Positions 24,816 through 36,769 of a stretch of 64,000 bases of DNA are shown piece by piece (positions within the stretch are counted from its first letter, which is position 1; each line of letters opens with the position of its first letter). Made by a program: the position numbers and the translations under genes. The notes below the pieces were generated by a model. It saw only the letters and a program-made list of their open reading frames with translations, had not been told where the DNA came from and made no database searches. Source of the stretch: Octopus bimaculoides (lineage: Eukaryota); NCBI RefSeq assembly GCF_001194135.2, contig NC_068987.1, positions 96,982,039 to 97,046,038 on the forward strand, read 5' to 3'.

Positions 24816-27112
24816 GATTACTATACATCCCGGTTTGTAAGGTTTGTCACGATGTCTCGTCCAGCTAGCAAATTTGTCCAATCTGATACTAACATTTTTC
24901 GGAACGTCACCTTTATAGATCAAAGACTTAAATTCTAACACGGAAAACTTTAAAACGTTGAAATTGGCAAGGAGTCCTAATTCTACAAACAAAGAACTTA
25001 TTCATGTCATAGCTCAGTCTAAGCCTAGAGTTGTGTGTCTTTACCAGAAGCCCAGTGGGCTGTGTGATGTACCTATGTCATAGTAGCATTGTTGTGTCAC
25101 AAGCAGGTATTATAGTTTAAAGACATTTCGCATACCTTTGAATCCGGGATTAAAGATATCATATTCCTATTATTCAGAATATGTTGTACAATGGACATAA
25201 ATTAATGATTTTCCTACATTATTTCTTATAAACAATGAATAGGTACCTAAACATGATCTAGCAGTCTCACTGGTTGATGTTCAGAATCAGAATCTTATTA
25301 TATAAATTGCACATAAAAAAACTTAGGTTACTCAAGTTCTTCATACAAGCATGGAAACTTCTGATATCTAAATTTGAAGATTGTGTGTGCGTGTGTGTGT
25401 ATGTAGTATGTATATGTATGTATGCGTGCGTGTGTATGTATTATGTATATCTGTACGTATGCGTGTGTGCATGCTCTTATATCTTTCACTGGTGTATATT
25501 GGCGAAGGTAAACAAACAAAGCCATAAAACCGGTGTTATTCGAACGAAATATATTGCACCGAGGCGTTCTCTTGTCACTCACGCCATTAAAAATACAGTG
25601 AACTTGTAATTGACCCTTTGGAAACCTTTAATCAAAGCAACTATTGTCCACAAATTGTGATATAGAATATATAAATAATAAGTGATTTGCGAGAGATCTA
25701 GTAGAAAAGACGAGACATAGTAATGACAGCACGAAGGGGCATGACGGCTTCATGCCAGCTCTGCTTAAACCGGTTGATTTCTCATGACTATCCAACCTCA
25801 CTAGTGTACTCTGTCTCCTCTTCCAAATGACCATTTAAAGTATTTCCTAATCTGTCCTCCTTAATACTACAATCCACTGTAGTCTCTCCTGCTTTATACA
25901 ACCGAACCATTAACTATAAAGCAATAAAGCGGTTTCCATAAACGTGTCCAAATGCTTGGTGTTTAAACTATGATTTGACGTGTCTTCACTTGACTGTTTA
26001 ACTGAAAGCACGTGGTCGAGTGGACTAGTAGTGTGGGTATCTGAGTCATGATCATAAACTCCCGAGTTCAATTCATGGACTAGACAGTGCGCTGTGTCCT
26101 TAAGCAAAGCTTTTCTTTTCATGTTGCACCAGTCTACTCAGCTTTAATGCGTATCAGCAAGGCGAGGGTGTACCTATGTATCTCTTTCCTCTCTTTCTCT
26201 ATTTCTCCTTCTCCTCTCTCTTGTACGTGTCCCTCTATTTCATCCTAGATGTTCTACTGGGTCATGGATGAGGCAAAGGAACGACAGTGTGTCTATGTCT
26301 GCTGGCGACTATATAGCCAGCTAAAATTATTAGCGAAGGCATGGTACAAGTTACAAAGTCACACTCACTTGCAAGTGACAGCTGTACTTCGTACAACTGA
26401 TTACTTAAACGTTATTACAGTCACCGAAGGAACCTGTACTTGGACGCTCAATCTGCAGACATGGCAACAAAGTATCCTCAAACCACATCTTGCCTTAGAG
26501 AAAACTAGGGTTACATTGGAAAATATAGTCCAACGTAACACTAAGCTAAAAAATAGTAAAACAAAAGACGGGATGGTCAAGACTGGAATGCATTTGATCA
26601 TAGGCTTCGTCAGACAGAGCTGGCTTGGGGCTAAACATCAACAATTTAGAGATTAGTAAGTTGCCAACTATTTTTCTTTCTGTATAATCTTACTATACAG
26701 GGTAATATCTTCGGTATGCCATATTAATATTTTATCAGATTACTAATCCAAACCCCACTAATATTTATCATATTCACCAAAACCTTGAAGAAGCCATGTT
26801 ATCTTGAAGCTATTAAAAACTTACTTTATTATGCTGAAACGGAGAAGTTTGAAATGTTATCTAACCACTTCAGGTTGCAGATATGAAGCAACCATCCCAA
26901 GCATTAATGGTGATGTTTAAGGCAAGAAGAAAAAAAAAGGTTCGGCGTTCTAATCTACTTAAGAGTGTTCGTTCTTCCAATGTAATTAATCAAATGTTAC
27001 ATTTAGCCTTCATGTTGATTAATGACTTCGCATATTATTGATACATTTTCCAGGAATATGTGCAGCCAGTTTAACTGACGATATCATTTCTCAACTAATA
27101 TATATTTTATTA

Positions 27113-27552
27113 GGCGGAGACGTGGTAGAAACGTTAGCGCGCCGGGAAATGCTTAGCGGTATTTCGTCTGTCTTTATGTTCTGAGTTCAAATTCCGCCGA
27201 GGTCGACTTTGCCTTTCAGAGTCGATTAAATAAGTACCAGTTATGCACTGGGGTCGATGTAATCGACGTAATCCCTTTGTTTGTCGTCTTTATGTTTAGT
27301 CCTCTGTGGGCAATAAAGAAACAAATATATATTTTAATAGGTAGCGAGCTGGCAGAAACGTTAGCACGCCAGGCGAAATGCTTAGCGGTATTTCGCCTGT
27401 CTTTACGTTGTGAGTTCAAATTCCACCGAGGTCGACTTTACTTTTAATCCTTTCGGGGTTGATGAATTAAGTACCAGTTGCGTACTGGGGTCGATCTAAT
27501 CGAATGACCTCTTCCCGCCAAATTTCGGGCCTTGTGCCTAGAGTAAAAAAGA
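27113..27552 (+). mobile_element. Two tandem SINE family A copies (long-tail variant 27113-27322; 27339-27552)
   Basis: Head, core and tail motifs. Confidence 0.85.
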
Positions 27553-27563
27553 ATATATATTTT

Positions 27564-28131
27564 GGATCTTTTTTAAAACGGGGGCCACATTTTTCATTAA
27601 CGAAACACTTTGAAACTTGGAACACTGGTAAAATGTGTCATATAAAACATCTTTTTCTCTTAGTCTTCTTAAAAAAAAAGAAATCCCTAAGTTATTCCAT
27701 GTTAAAGTTGTCATATTTCTGTAATTTCAACCAATCACTGACGTCCATTCAGCCGATATACATTAAGTGCCGACTACATAAACAAACGATTCTGAAACAA
27801 TTCTATCGGTGATAGGGTTAGGGTTAGGGTTAGGGTAAAACAGCAAATTTAAAAAGAAAAAAGCAAATAAAACGAAGCTATGGAAATTAAATACGCTTTA
27901 CACCGCTTAATCAGCCAAAGGAATAAATGTAAACAACTGAATACTTGTCAGTGATTGGTTGAAATTATCGAAATAAGACAATTTTTTACATGAAATAAAT
28001 TCGAATACAAACATTTTTTTCTGTTCTATAACACAAAATAGATAAGTATACGAAGTTTGAAAGTCTTTCGGTACCAAAAACACTACGTAAGACATTAATG
28101 AAAAATGTGGCCCCCGTTTTAAAAAAGATCC
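27564..28131. mobile_element. 568-bp MITE with perfect 37-bp TIRs and central (TAGGGT)4
   Basis: GGATCTTTTTTAAAACGGGGGCCACATTTTTCATTAA at 27564-27600 and its exact reverse complement at 28095-28131; inner 20-bp inverted repeat AATTTCAACCAATCACTGAC. Confidence 0.9.
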
Positions 28132-28318
28132 TCTATTTTATTAGCGATGAAAGGTAAAGTCAAACTATGGCGTGATTTAATTCAGTTTGTTGAATGTCTT
28201 TACCGAATACCGTTGCATATTTTATCTTCAGACCCACTAAATGCCACAGGGGTTGTTTTCCTTCTTAACTAAAGAATGTAAATAAAAAATTGTGAAGCGC
28301 CATTATTATTCCACCTCG

Positions 28319-28525
28319 TAGCGGCGAGCTGGCAGAATCATTAGCACGCTGGGCTTAGCGACATTTCAGCCGTATTTCCGTACTGGGTTCAAATTCCGCT
28401 GAGGCGACTTTGCCTTTCGTCATTTGAGGAGCGACGAAGTAAGTACCAGTTCAGCATTGGGGTCGATGTAATTGACTTACCCCTTCCAGGAAATTGTTGG
28501 TCTTGTGCCTACATTTGAAATCGCT
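28319..28525 (+). mobile_element. SINE family A, degenerate
   Basis: Head and core motifs. Confidence 0.75.
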
Positions 28526-28614
28526 ATTATTCCACCATTGATTTCAACGTTTCAAAGTACTCAGTATGTAACTAAGGACTTGTTCTCTTGTGTTGTATTA
28601 CAGTGATGCATGTT

Positions 28615-28655
<41 letters not shown>

Positions 28656-29424
28656 ATATAGGATAAATTCTTTATANNNNNNNNNNNNNNNNNNNNNNNN
28701 NNNNNNNNNNNNNNNNNNNNNNNNNNNNNNNNNNNNNNNNNNNNNNNNNNNNNNNNNNNNNNNNNNNNNNNNNNNNNNNNNNNNNNNNNNNNNNNNNNNN
28801 NNNNNNNNNNNNNNNNNNNNNNNNNNNNNNNNNNNNNNNNNNNNNNNNNNNNNNNNNNNNNNNNNNNNNNNNNNNNNNNNNNNNNNNNNNNNNNNNNNNN
28901 NNNNNNNNNNNNNNNNNNNNNNNNNNNNNNNNNNNNNNNNNNNNNNNNNNNNNNNNNNNNNNNNNNNNNNNNNNNNNNNNNNNNNNNNNNNNNNNNNNNN
29001 NNNNNNNNNNNNNNNNNNNNNNNNNNNNNNNNNNNNNNNNNNNNNNNNNNNNNNNNNNNNNNNNNNNNNNNNNNNNNNNNNNNNNNNNNNNNNNNNNNNN
29101 NNNNNNNNNNNNNNNNNNNNNNNNNNNNNNNNNNNNNNNNNNNNNNNNNNNNNNNNNNNNNNNNNNNNNNNNNNNNNNNNNNNNNNNNNNNNNNNNNNNN
29201 NNNNTATAGAAAGATATATGAGATTATGTATAGGAGAGAATTAACGAAGCAAAACATCAATAAAATATATAGAAAGTATGAAACAACAGAAAATAAGACA
29301 GGAAAAAGAAATTAAAGAATAAAAATATAACAAAAGCGGAACAGTCACATTTTCACATTCGTGCTTTATCGTTTTGTTTTCATTGCTGGATCAAGAATTA
29401 AAGGCGGGATTATCTTATCTTTCC

Positions 29425-29459
29425 ATTGCTGCTGCTGTTGTTGTTGCTGTTGTTGCCAT

Positions 29460-29531
<72 letters not shown>

Positions 29532-29633
29532 TACTACTACTACTACAGTCACCACCACACGCTACCACATGTCAGCAACATTAAGCACCACCGTCATCGA
29601 AGCCTTCAACCATCACCTCCTCCTCCTCCTCTT

Positions 29634-29680
<47 letters not shown>
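29425..29680. repeat. Compound (GCT)(GTT)(ACT)n(CCT)(CAA)n microsatellite
   Basis: Direct inspection. Confidence 0.9.
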
Positions 29681-29831
29681 ACTGTTATTACAGCCACCAT
29701 CATACGACCATAGGAAACCAGTAATCACACGAAGTTTGCTTGGGAAGGAGAGCGGTTATTAGATATATTGCAGGACGAAGCACAACACCTATCAAGGAAG
29801 GCTAATAAACTCAGGTAGATCATCGGTCATC
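29674..29831 (+). repeat. ~160-bp dispersed repeat, copy 2
   Basis: Matches 24010-24168. Confidence 0.8.
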
Positions 29832-30144
29832 CAAGAGCTCTGTGGAAATTCCTCAAATGGACGGAGAGGCATCACTTTTATGGTTATGTAACAGCAAGTC
29901 ACTGCAGTGAATCAATATATATCCGCTTTTTCTTGCTCGCTGTGTATACCACAGCCCACTGAGAGAACATGAGAAGTCACTGAAAAAGTTATTAGGATTT
30001 AAATCTCCTGCAAGCAATCCTATAAAATAATATCTTCCAGTCAAAATTAGATCGGATTGATCGGTTCCGAGGATACCATGGAATTTACTAGTTGTCCTCC
30101 GTTCTGAACAGCAGCAAGAAATTTACTAGAATGCGAGAATGCGA

Positions 30145-30628
30145 GCCTTTATATGGCCGAATGAAATGCTAGAACCTTACTAGACAGAGCAAAGACAGAT
30201 CGATGAGAAATGCACATCGTACTTACGGCCCTGGAGCTGTAAAGAAACGACGTTGATAAAGTTATATTTTATAGTTATCATTTGTGAGACGAAATTGCCA
30301 GAATATGGCAATATCAAGTACTCCATTGTAGTGACAGAGCAAAGAGTAGTGACATATGATCAGTGTTAGCTTTACCGTGAAAAACATAACAGTATTATAG
30401 CCAAACCAGATATTAGCAAGTGAATTACAACTTTGAGTGATCAACTGTGAAAGGATGCTGTGTCACCTTGATCGGTTCATCATTGTAGCTCCTACAATGA
30501 TGAACTGTGGTGGTGCAAACGAGTTCTACAATACTCTGCAAATGATCATATGATGTAAGATTCCAAGAGGAGACAAGCTGATAATAATGAGCGATTTCTA
30601 TACACGTGCTGGTCAAGAAGCTCAGAGG
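30145..30628 (+). pseudogene. RTE-clade LINE apurinic endonuclease fossil
   Basis: Broken frames *NARTLLDRAKTDR..ALEL*RNDVD, ETKLPEYG and APTMMN..EFYNTL...IPRGDKLIIMSDFYTRAG follow the RTE APE pattern WNVRTL..SETR..APT..GDFNARVG. Confidence 0.75.
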
Positions 30629-30630
30629 CG

Positions 30631-31263
30631 GTCATATGTTATTAGCAAACACAGTAGCTTGCTTACGAACCACATGGTTCCGGATTCAGTCCCACTGCGT
30701 GGCACCTTGGGCAAGTGTCTTCTACTATAGCCTCGGGCCGACCAAAGCCTTGTGAGTGGATTTGGTAGACGGAAACTGAAAGAAGCCCGTCGTATATATA
30801 TATATATATATGTGTGTATGTAATTGTCAGTCTGTGTTTGTCNNNNNNNNNNNNNNNNNNNNNNNNNNNNNNNNNNNNNNNNNNNNNNNNNNNNNNNNNN
30901 NNNNNNNNNNNNNNNNNNNNNNNNNNNNNNNNNNNNNNNNNNNNNNNNNNNNNNNNNNNNNNNNNNNNNNNNNNNNNNNNNNNNNNNNNNNNNNNNNNNN
31001 NNNNNNNNNNNNNNNNNNNNNNNNNNNNNNNNNNNNNNNNNNNNNNNNNNNNNNNNNNNNNNNNNNNNNNCCTCCCCATCCCCCCAACATCGCTTGACAA
31101 CCGATGCTGGTGTGTTTATGTCCCCGTAACTTAGCGGTTCGGCAAAAGAGACCGATAGAATGAGTACTAGGCTTACAAAGAATAAGCCCTGGAGTCGATT
31201 TGCTCGACTAAAAGGCGCTGCTCCAGCATGGCCACAGTCAAATGACTGAAACAAGTAAAAGAG
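30631..31263 (+). mobile_element. SINE family B (CORE-like), full length across gap
   Basis: tRNA-like head GGTTCCGGATTCAGTCCC, core GGCACCTTGGGCAAGTGTCTTC, internal microsatellite, conserved tail. Confidence 0.85.
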
Positions 31264-31264
31264 T

Positions 31265-31600
31265 ATAGTAAGGAGATGTAACACAAATGGAGGACTTCTC
31301 ACTTCATGCCTCATCTTTAGTAACATCATCTTCAAGTAGAAGGAAAAACGGAAGAGGTATTGGGTGTGTTGTCAATAAAAACATTGTCACCTCTCAGACT
31401 ACATCATTACTAGGTAGGATTGAGGTGATGTAGAAGGGATACTGTAGCATGGACCATCAAAAGTTCCCATCGAAAATAATCTTCAAGGTAGTCTCCAAGT
31501 AGAAAAAGACCAGGCCGTCTCAGCCCATTAAGTAGGCAACAGGAACACTGCTGGATAGAAATGTAAAGGATATTCAGAGAAGATATATGAATGAAGTTCC
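31265..31600 (+). pseudogene. Possible RTE C-terminal fossil (continuation after the SINE)
   Basis: MDHQKFPSKIIF..K*KKTRPSQPIK resembles RTE MD..RLPKKI..G.R..GRP; very degenerate. Confidence 0.35.
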
Positions 31601-31728
31601 AGAGACGTGAGGAAAAAAAAGAAAAAGAAAACAAACAACAAAAACCAGGACGCATAAATACAAGAAGGTCCTCGCTTCGCACCTCAGAAAATGATTCAGG
31701 AAGAACAGTACTTTTGAACCCAACAAAG

Positions 31729-31798
<70 letters not shown>

Positions 31799-32882
31799 GA
31801 AAACGCAGATTCACGCCTATATACACGAACATACATACACAAGACAAAAATGAGATTTAACTTATCTAGACAACAGAGACGAAAAGTATATTACAAGATT
31901 AAATCCTTGACCTATTGAAGTTTTCTTCGACATAAAAAATAAACAAACACCAAATAGGAATTGAGACCGGCACAAAATATGAGGGGCTGGTTATCTCAAG
32001 AATCAAGAATTCTCCGAAATTGACATGCGATTAAAGGCTTCCTAGATCTTGTGTTAGACCCAGGCACTGGTAAATGTTAAAACAATATTGTACATGACTA
32101 AAGACCTAAACCACCACCGTAGTATAATTGTTAAAGATGTGGTTAGGAATATCAGCAGAAAAACTTGGAAGACATTTGATAATACCTTAGTCAAGCTGTC
32201 AACTATTAGAAATAAGCGAGCTTTGAGGAAATATCAGTTTCTTAGCAATGTGTGGCAGCACAGCACAGTGAGAAAATATATCACCTGACTTCACTTACAT
32301 TTGAGAAAGATTATAGTAACTAAAGTAGATAGGAAGTTCATAATGTTAATCAAAAAGTATATTTCTGCCAGAGGTTTGTACCAATATTAATGTAATGATA
32401 AATAACACCTAAGTTGGTTACAACTTCACAAAGCATGTGAGCAAGTACGGAACACTCAGGAACGAAGATGAATTTGCAGAGCGAAGAAAACTGTTCGCCT
32501 AACAGCAAATATTTATGCAAAGCATTTTATATAAATTCAATAGAAGATAACTAGTGAGTAACGTGAAAATAGATGTCATAGAGGTATGAACGAAGTTAGT
32601 TTCAATAATCGTTTTCTCAACCACGTATAGATAATCAAGAATGAAGGGGAAAGAAAAGCGTCAGAGTTTTGTTAAAACATGTACGGAAAATGAGGGAATT
32701 CTACGTGTAACATTTCCATATCAAATATTATATAACAGAGGAGTCCAACATAGAGTTTATTCCTAAAAACTTTCACGAGAAAAAACATTCTACATTACGC
32801 ATTATAACAGCATAAAATAAATTTTCTACATGATACAACCCACCATAGAATAAGAATGTAAGCAAAACGTAACTAGTTTCTT

Positions 32883-32934
<52 letters not shown>

Positions 32935-33302
32935 CACGCTCCCACATATTTATATATATGTCTGTGTGTGTATATATTAATAATAATCTAGTGCTTTGAA
33001 CGAAAAATTCGTTATGGTGTATACTCCAATGAATTAACGCATGATTAATTCAAAACGATGTGAATAACTAAACATTATATTTGAGAAAGTAATCGGAATC
33101 TGGAATGGATACGTAGTGTTGAGATTTCCTGAAGATTTTGTTACTAAACATTAGAAACCTGTGAACGACGTTGAGAGATATAAGGAAGAATCAAAGCTGC
33201 AGAGTTTGGCTATTGTTACAGCATGACATGAACTCTATAGCAGCTCAACGATCTTTGTATGTATGTAATGTATGTATGTATGTATGTAATGTATGTATGT
33301 GT

Positions 33303-33849
33303 GTTCTGTAGTTAATCATTTAAATTCTTCCTCTGAAGAAGGAGCTGGTTTCTAATAAAGATACAAATCTCCATCTTTGGGAATGTAGATAAGGAAAACA
33401 ATGTCACATTTTAAACCTGAGATAGGTCTTCCATAGTTTTACTGTTCTGCTTAGAGATTGGATTTGTAATGTGCGAAACGGTTGATTTCTTTTTCTGAAA
33501 ATCCAAGCTTTTCCTGACTGACAGTAAGGCATTTACTTACAAAACCAAGTGCTCCAGTTATTATTGGTATAAATCTAAATTTGCAATCCTGATATACTGT
33601 AGAAGCTGGAAGTTTCGACGAAATTGTCCATAGTTACCTTATTTCTCTTTGATTTTCAAAAGGATATTCACATTAGCAGAACAACCGACCTCTGTGACGG
33701 TACATATTTTTACTTGTTTGTCCCAGATAACAATATCCGGCTGTTATGCTTTCAGTTGGAAGTATTCCTTGTACTGGTATTTGCGTACGTATTCGATAAC
33801 TGGACGATTCTCTATATATTCCAAGACGGTCTTCTTTTCGAATGCATTT
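33303..33849 (-). mobile_element. RLE LINE, (CATA)n-associated lineage, copy B
   Basis: NAFEKK..ENRPVIEY..QPDIVIWDKQVKICTVTEVGC (PD..E nuclease motif); 3'UTR homologous to copy A; TATG repeats at both junctions. Confidence 0.85.
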
Positions 33850-33862
33850 GTATGTATGCATG

Positions 33863-34757
33863 TCTCTTCTATTTTTTAATTATTATAAATCTTCCATTGA
33901 GGAGGGAGCTGGTTTCAAACAAAGATACAAGGCTCCATCTTTGGGATGAAGTTAACACAGACAAATTCACATTTGGAACTTGAGAAAAGTCTTGCGTATT
34001 TTTACTGTTCCACTTACAGATTGCACTTGTAATGTACGAATCAGCCGGTCAATTTCTCTTTCTGAAAATCCCAGTTTATCCAGATTCTCCTTTAAGCATT
34101 TACTAAGAAAACCTAGTGCTCTAATTATTATTGGTATGAATATAAATTCATAGTCTGGATATAGAAGATGGAGGTTTCGAAGTAGTTGTCCATAGATATC
34201 CTCTTTATCTTTGATTTTCAAAGAGATATTTATATCTGCAGGGCAGCTGACCTCTCTGATGGTGCATACCTTTGTCCCTCAGTCCCAAACAACAATATCT
34301 GGACTGTTATGCTGACATTTGACAGAAGATTTGATCGGAATATTCCACCAGTATTCCTTGAATTGGTGTTTATGAATGTATTCCATAACAGAGGGATTTT
34401 CTAAGTTTATTATTATTTTTTGCAGATGGCATTGCAAACTGTTTTAGCAACAACATCGTGTCGCATAGGGAGGTAGCACAGTGATGACATTTTAGGACAG
34501 TTGCTAATCACATGTATGATATCTTCCACAGAAACATAACATAGCCTACACATGCGGTTGCACCTTGGAATTACAAGAGCGTCAATGTCTCTCCTGTTCC
34601 TGGATTGCAAACGCATAACCATGAAAGTGTAATGTGATGTAGTGGTCTTGTGCCCAAGAGTGACTGCGCTTCGTGTTAATTCTACTGTCATCTTCAAGCT
34701 CCCTGGCAACATATCCATGCATAGTCTTTTTTTTTTGTATGCTGCGTGCTTTCAATC
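33863..34757 (-). mobile_element. RLE LINE, (CATA)n-associated lineage, copy A (Zn knuckle + RLE + 3'UTR)
   Basis: MHGY..FAIQEQE, CRLCYVSVEDIIHVISNCP..RHDVVAK, PDIVVWD..EVSCPADINI.LKIKDKE, IPIIIRALG..KTFLKFQM*; TATG repeats at both junctions. Confidence 0.9.
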
Positions 34758-34840
34758 CATCCATCCATGTATGTATGTATGTATGTATGTATGTATGTAT
34801 GTATGTATGTATGTATGTATGTATGTATGCGTGCAAGTAT

Positions 34841-35196
34841 GTCTTCTTTTTATCTTTTTAATTTAGAGTAAACCTTTGAGCGGCCAGCAAGGCTGTGAAG
34901 GAAAGTATCTTATTTTAACTGTCATCCTTCAAATGTTAGGAAGGACTTGCAGATTTATATAGCCCCAGATATCGTGATCATTTGTAGCACATGGATTAAA
35001 AATTTGCATTCCCTCCCAAAGATTCCAAGTTCAGCCATACTATACTTCAGACGGCTTGGTACGTATCCTGATGCTCCAATAATAATTGGTATAAAGCTGA
35101 GAGTATATTTTGAGTATTGGATTTGCAAGCCCCTTATCAATGGTCCAAAGATGCCTTCTTTCTCTTGTATTTTTCTAACCACATTCGTGTTCAGGG
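34841..35196 (-). mobile_element. RLE LINE, (CATA)n-associated lineage, copy C (second subfamily)
   Basis: KIQEKEGIFGPLIRGLQ..FIPIIIGASGYVP..ISGAI*ICKSFLTFEG*; different 3'UTR from A/B; TATG repeats at both junctions. Confidence 0.85.
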
Positions 35197-35312
35197 TGTA
35201 TGTATATATGTATGTATGTATGTGTGTATGTATGCATGTATGTATGTATGTATGTATGTTTGTATNNNNNNNNNNGTATGTTTGTATCAGTATTTGTGTA
35301 TGTGTGTGTGTA

Positions 35313-35387
<75 letters not shown>

Positions 35388-35605
35388 AAGAGAGAGAAAG
35401 AGTTCTCAAAATACACTGAGAATGTTTTTATAAGAAGAATCTATGAAAGAGCTTCTATATTGACTAAGTGAATTAAAATCAACTCGGGGCATATACATTA
35501 AAATAAATATATAGCATTCCGGCAAAATATATGTTGATTTTAATATATATATTCTTCGAGTTGTTTTCAATTCAATTAATCTACATACATACATACATAC
35601 ACACA

Positions 35606-35636
<31 letters not shown>

Positions 35637-36769
35637 GTGTGTGTAGTATATATAAGTGTTTGTGTGTATGTGTGTGTGGGCGCGCGTGTATTCACAGTTC
35701 TTGTATGCCGGCCTTTGATTTCTGTGTATGTATATGGGTATGTATGTAGTTTGGACATTGTGCTGGCAGCATTTGTATGTATTTATGTGTTTATAATTGT
35801 CTGTATGTGTATGCGCATGTGCAGGCGTCTTTGAGTGGTTATTTAATTCTTTCATTTGTTTATTTACGTTTTTCAACACTCGCTCTCAGATAAACACTTT
35901 AACGAGTCAGCGCATATTTGTGTGTGTGCGTGTATATATATATGTATATATATATATATATATATNNNNNNNNNNNNNNNNNNNNNNNNNNNNNNNNNNN
36001 NNNNNNNNNNNNNNNNNNNNNNNNNNNNNNNNNNNNNNNNNNNNNNNNNNNNNNNNNNNNNNNNNNNNNNNNNNNNNNNNNNNNNNNNNNNNNNNNNNNN
36101 NNNNNNNNNNNNNNNNNNNNNNNNNNNNNNNNNNNNNNNNNNNNNNNNNNNNNNNNNNNNNNNNNNNNNNNNNNNNNNNNNNNNNNNNNNNNNNNNNNNN
36201 NNNNNNNNNNNNNNNNNNNNNNNNNNNNNNNNNNNNNNNNNNNNNNNNNNNNNNNNNNNNNNNNNNNNNNNNNNNNNNNNNNNNNNNNNNNNNNNNNNNN
36301 NNNNNNNNNNNNNNNNNNNNNNNNNNNNNNNNNNNNNNNNNNNNNNNNNNNNNNNNNNNNNNNNNNNNNNNNNNNNNNNNNNNNNNNNNNNNNNNNNNNN
36401 NNNNNNNNNNNNNNNNNNNNNNNNNNNNNNNNNNNNNNNNNNNNNNNNNNNNNNNNNNNNNNNNNNNNNNNNNNNNNNNNNNNNNNNNNNNNNNNNNNNN
36501 NNNNNNNNNNNNNNNNNNNNNNNNNNNNNNNNNNNNNNNNNNNNNNNNNNNNNNNNNNNNNNNNNNNNNNNNNNNNNNNNNNNNNNNNNNNNNNNNNNNN
36601 NNNNNNNNNNNNATATATATATATATATATATACGTACATATATTTACGTGAATGTCGAACGATGAGAATGAGTGATCAACACCGCTGTCTGCAATATAA
36701 ATATACTTAAGTACGGAGTTGATTTTCTTGGTTGCAGCCATCCATCACATTTAAGCCCTTGTCCTAATG

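Noticed and set aside
24825-24985. Minus-strand open frame with a strong acceptor (ELGLLANFNV...KPYKPG)
   Set aside because: Both strands are open, the donor is mediocre and no homology is recognised; cannot be distinguished from chance.
25628-25755. Signal-peptide-like ORF MKPSCPFVLSLLCLVFSTRSLA
   Set aside because: Stops after ~40 codons, with no convincing donor and no recognisable mature peptide.
27813-27836. Telomere or chromosome-fusion site
   Set aside because: Only four units, internal to a MITE.
30227-30236. 10-nt microexon (TTTACAG|CTCCAGGGCC|GTAAGT, minus strand)
   Set aside because: Lies inside the RTE endonuclease fossil on the opposite strand and is not frame-preserving; probably chance.
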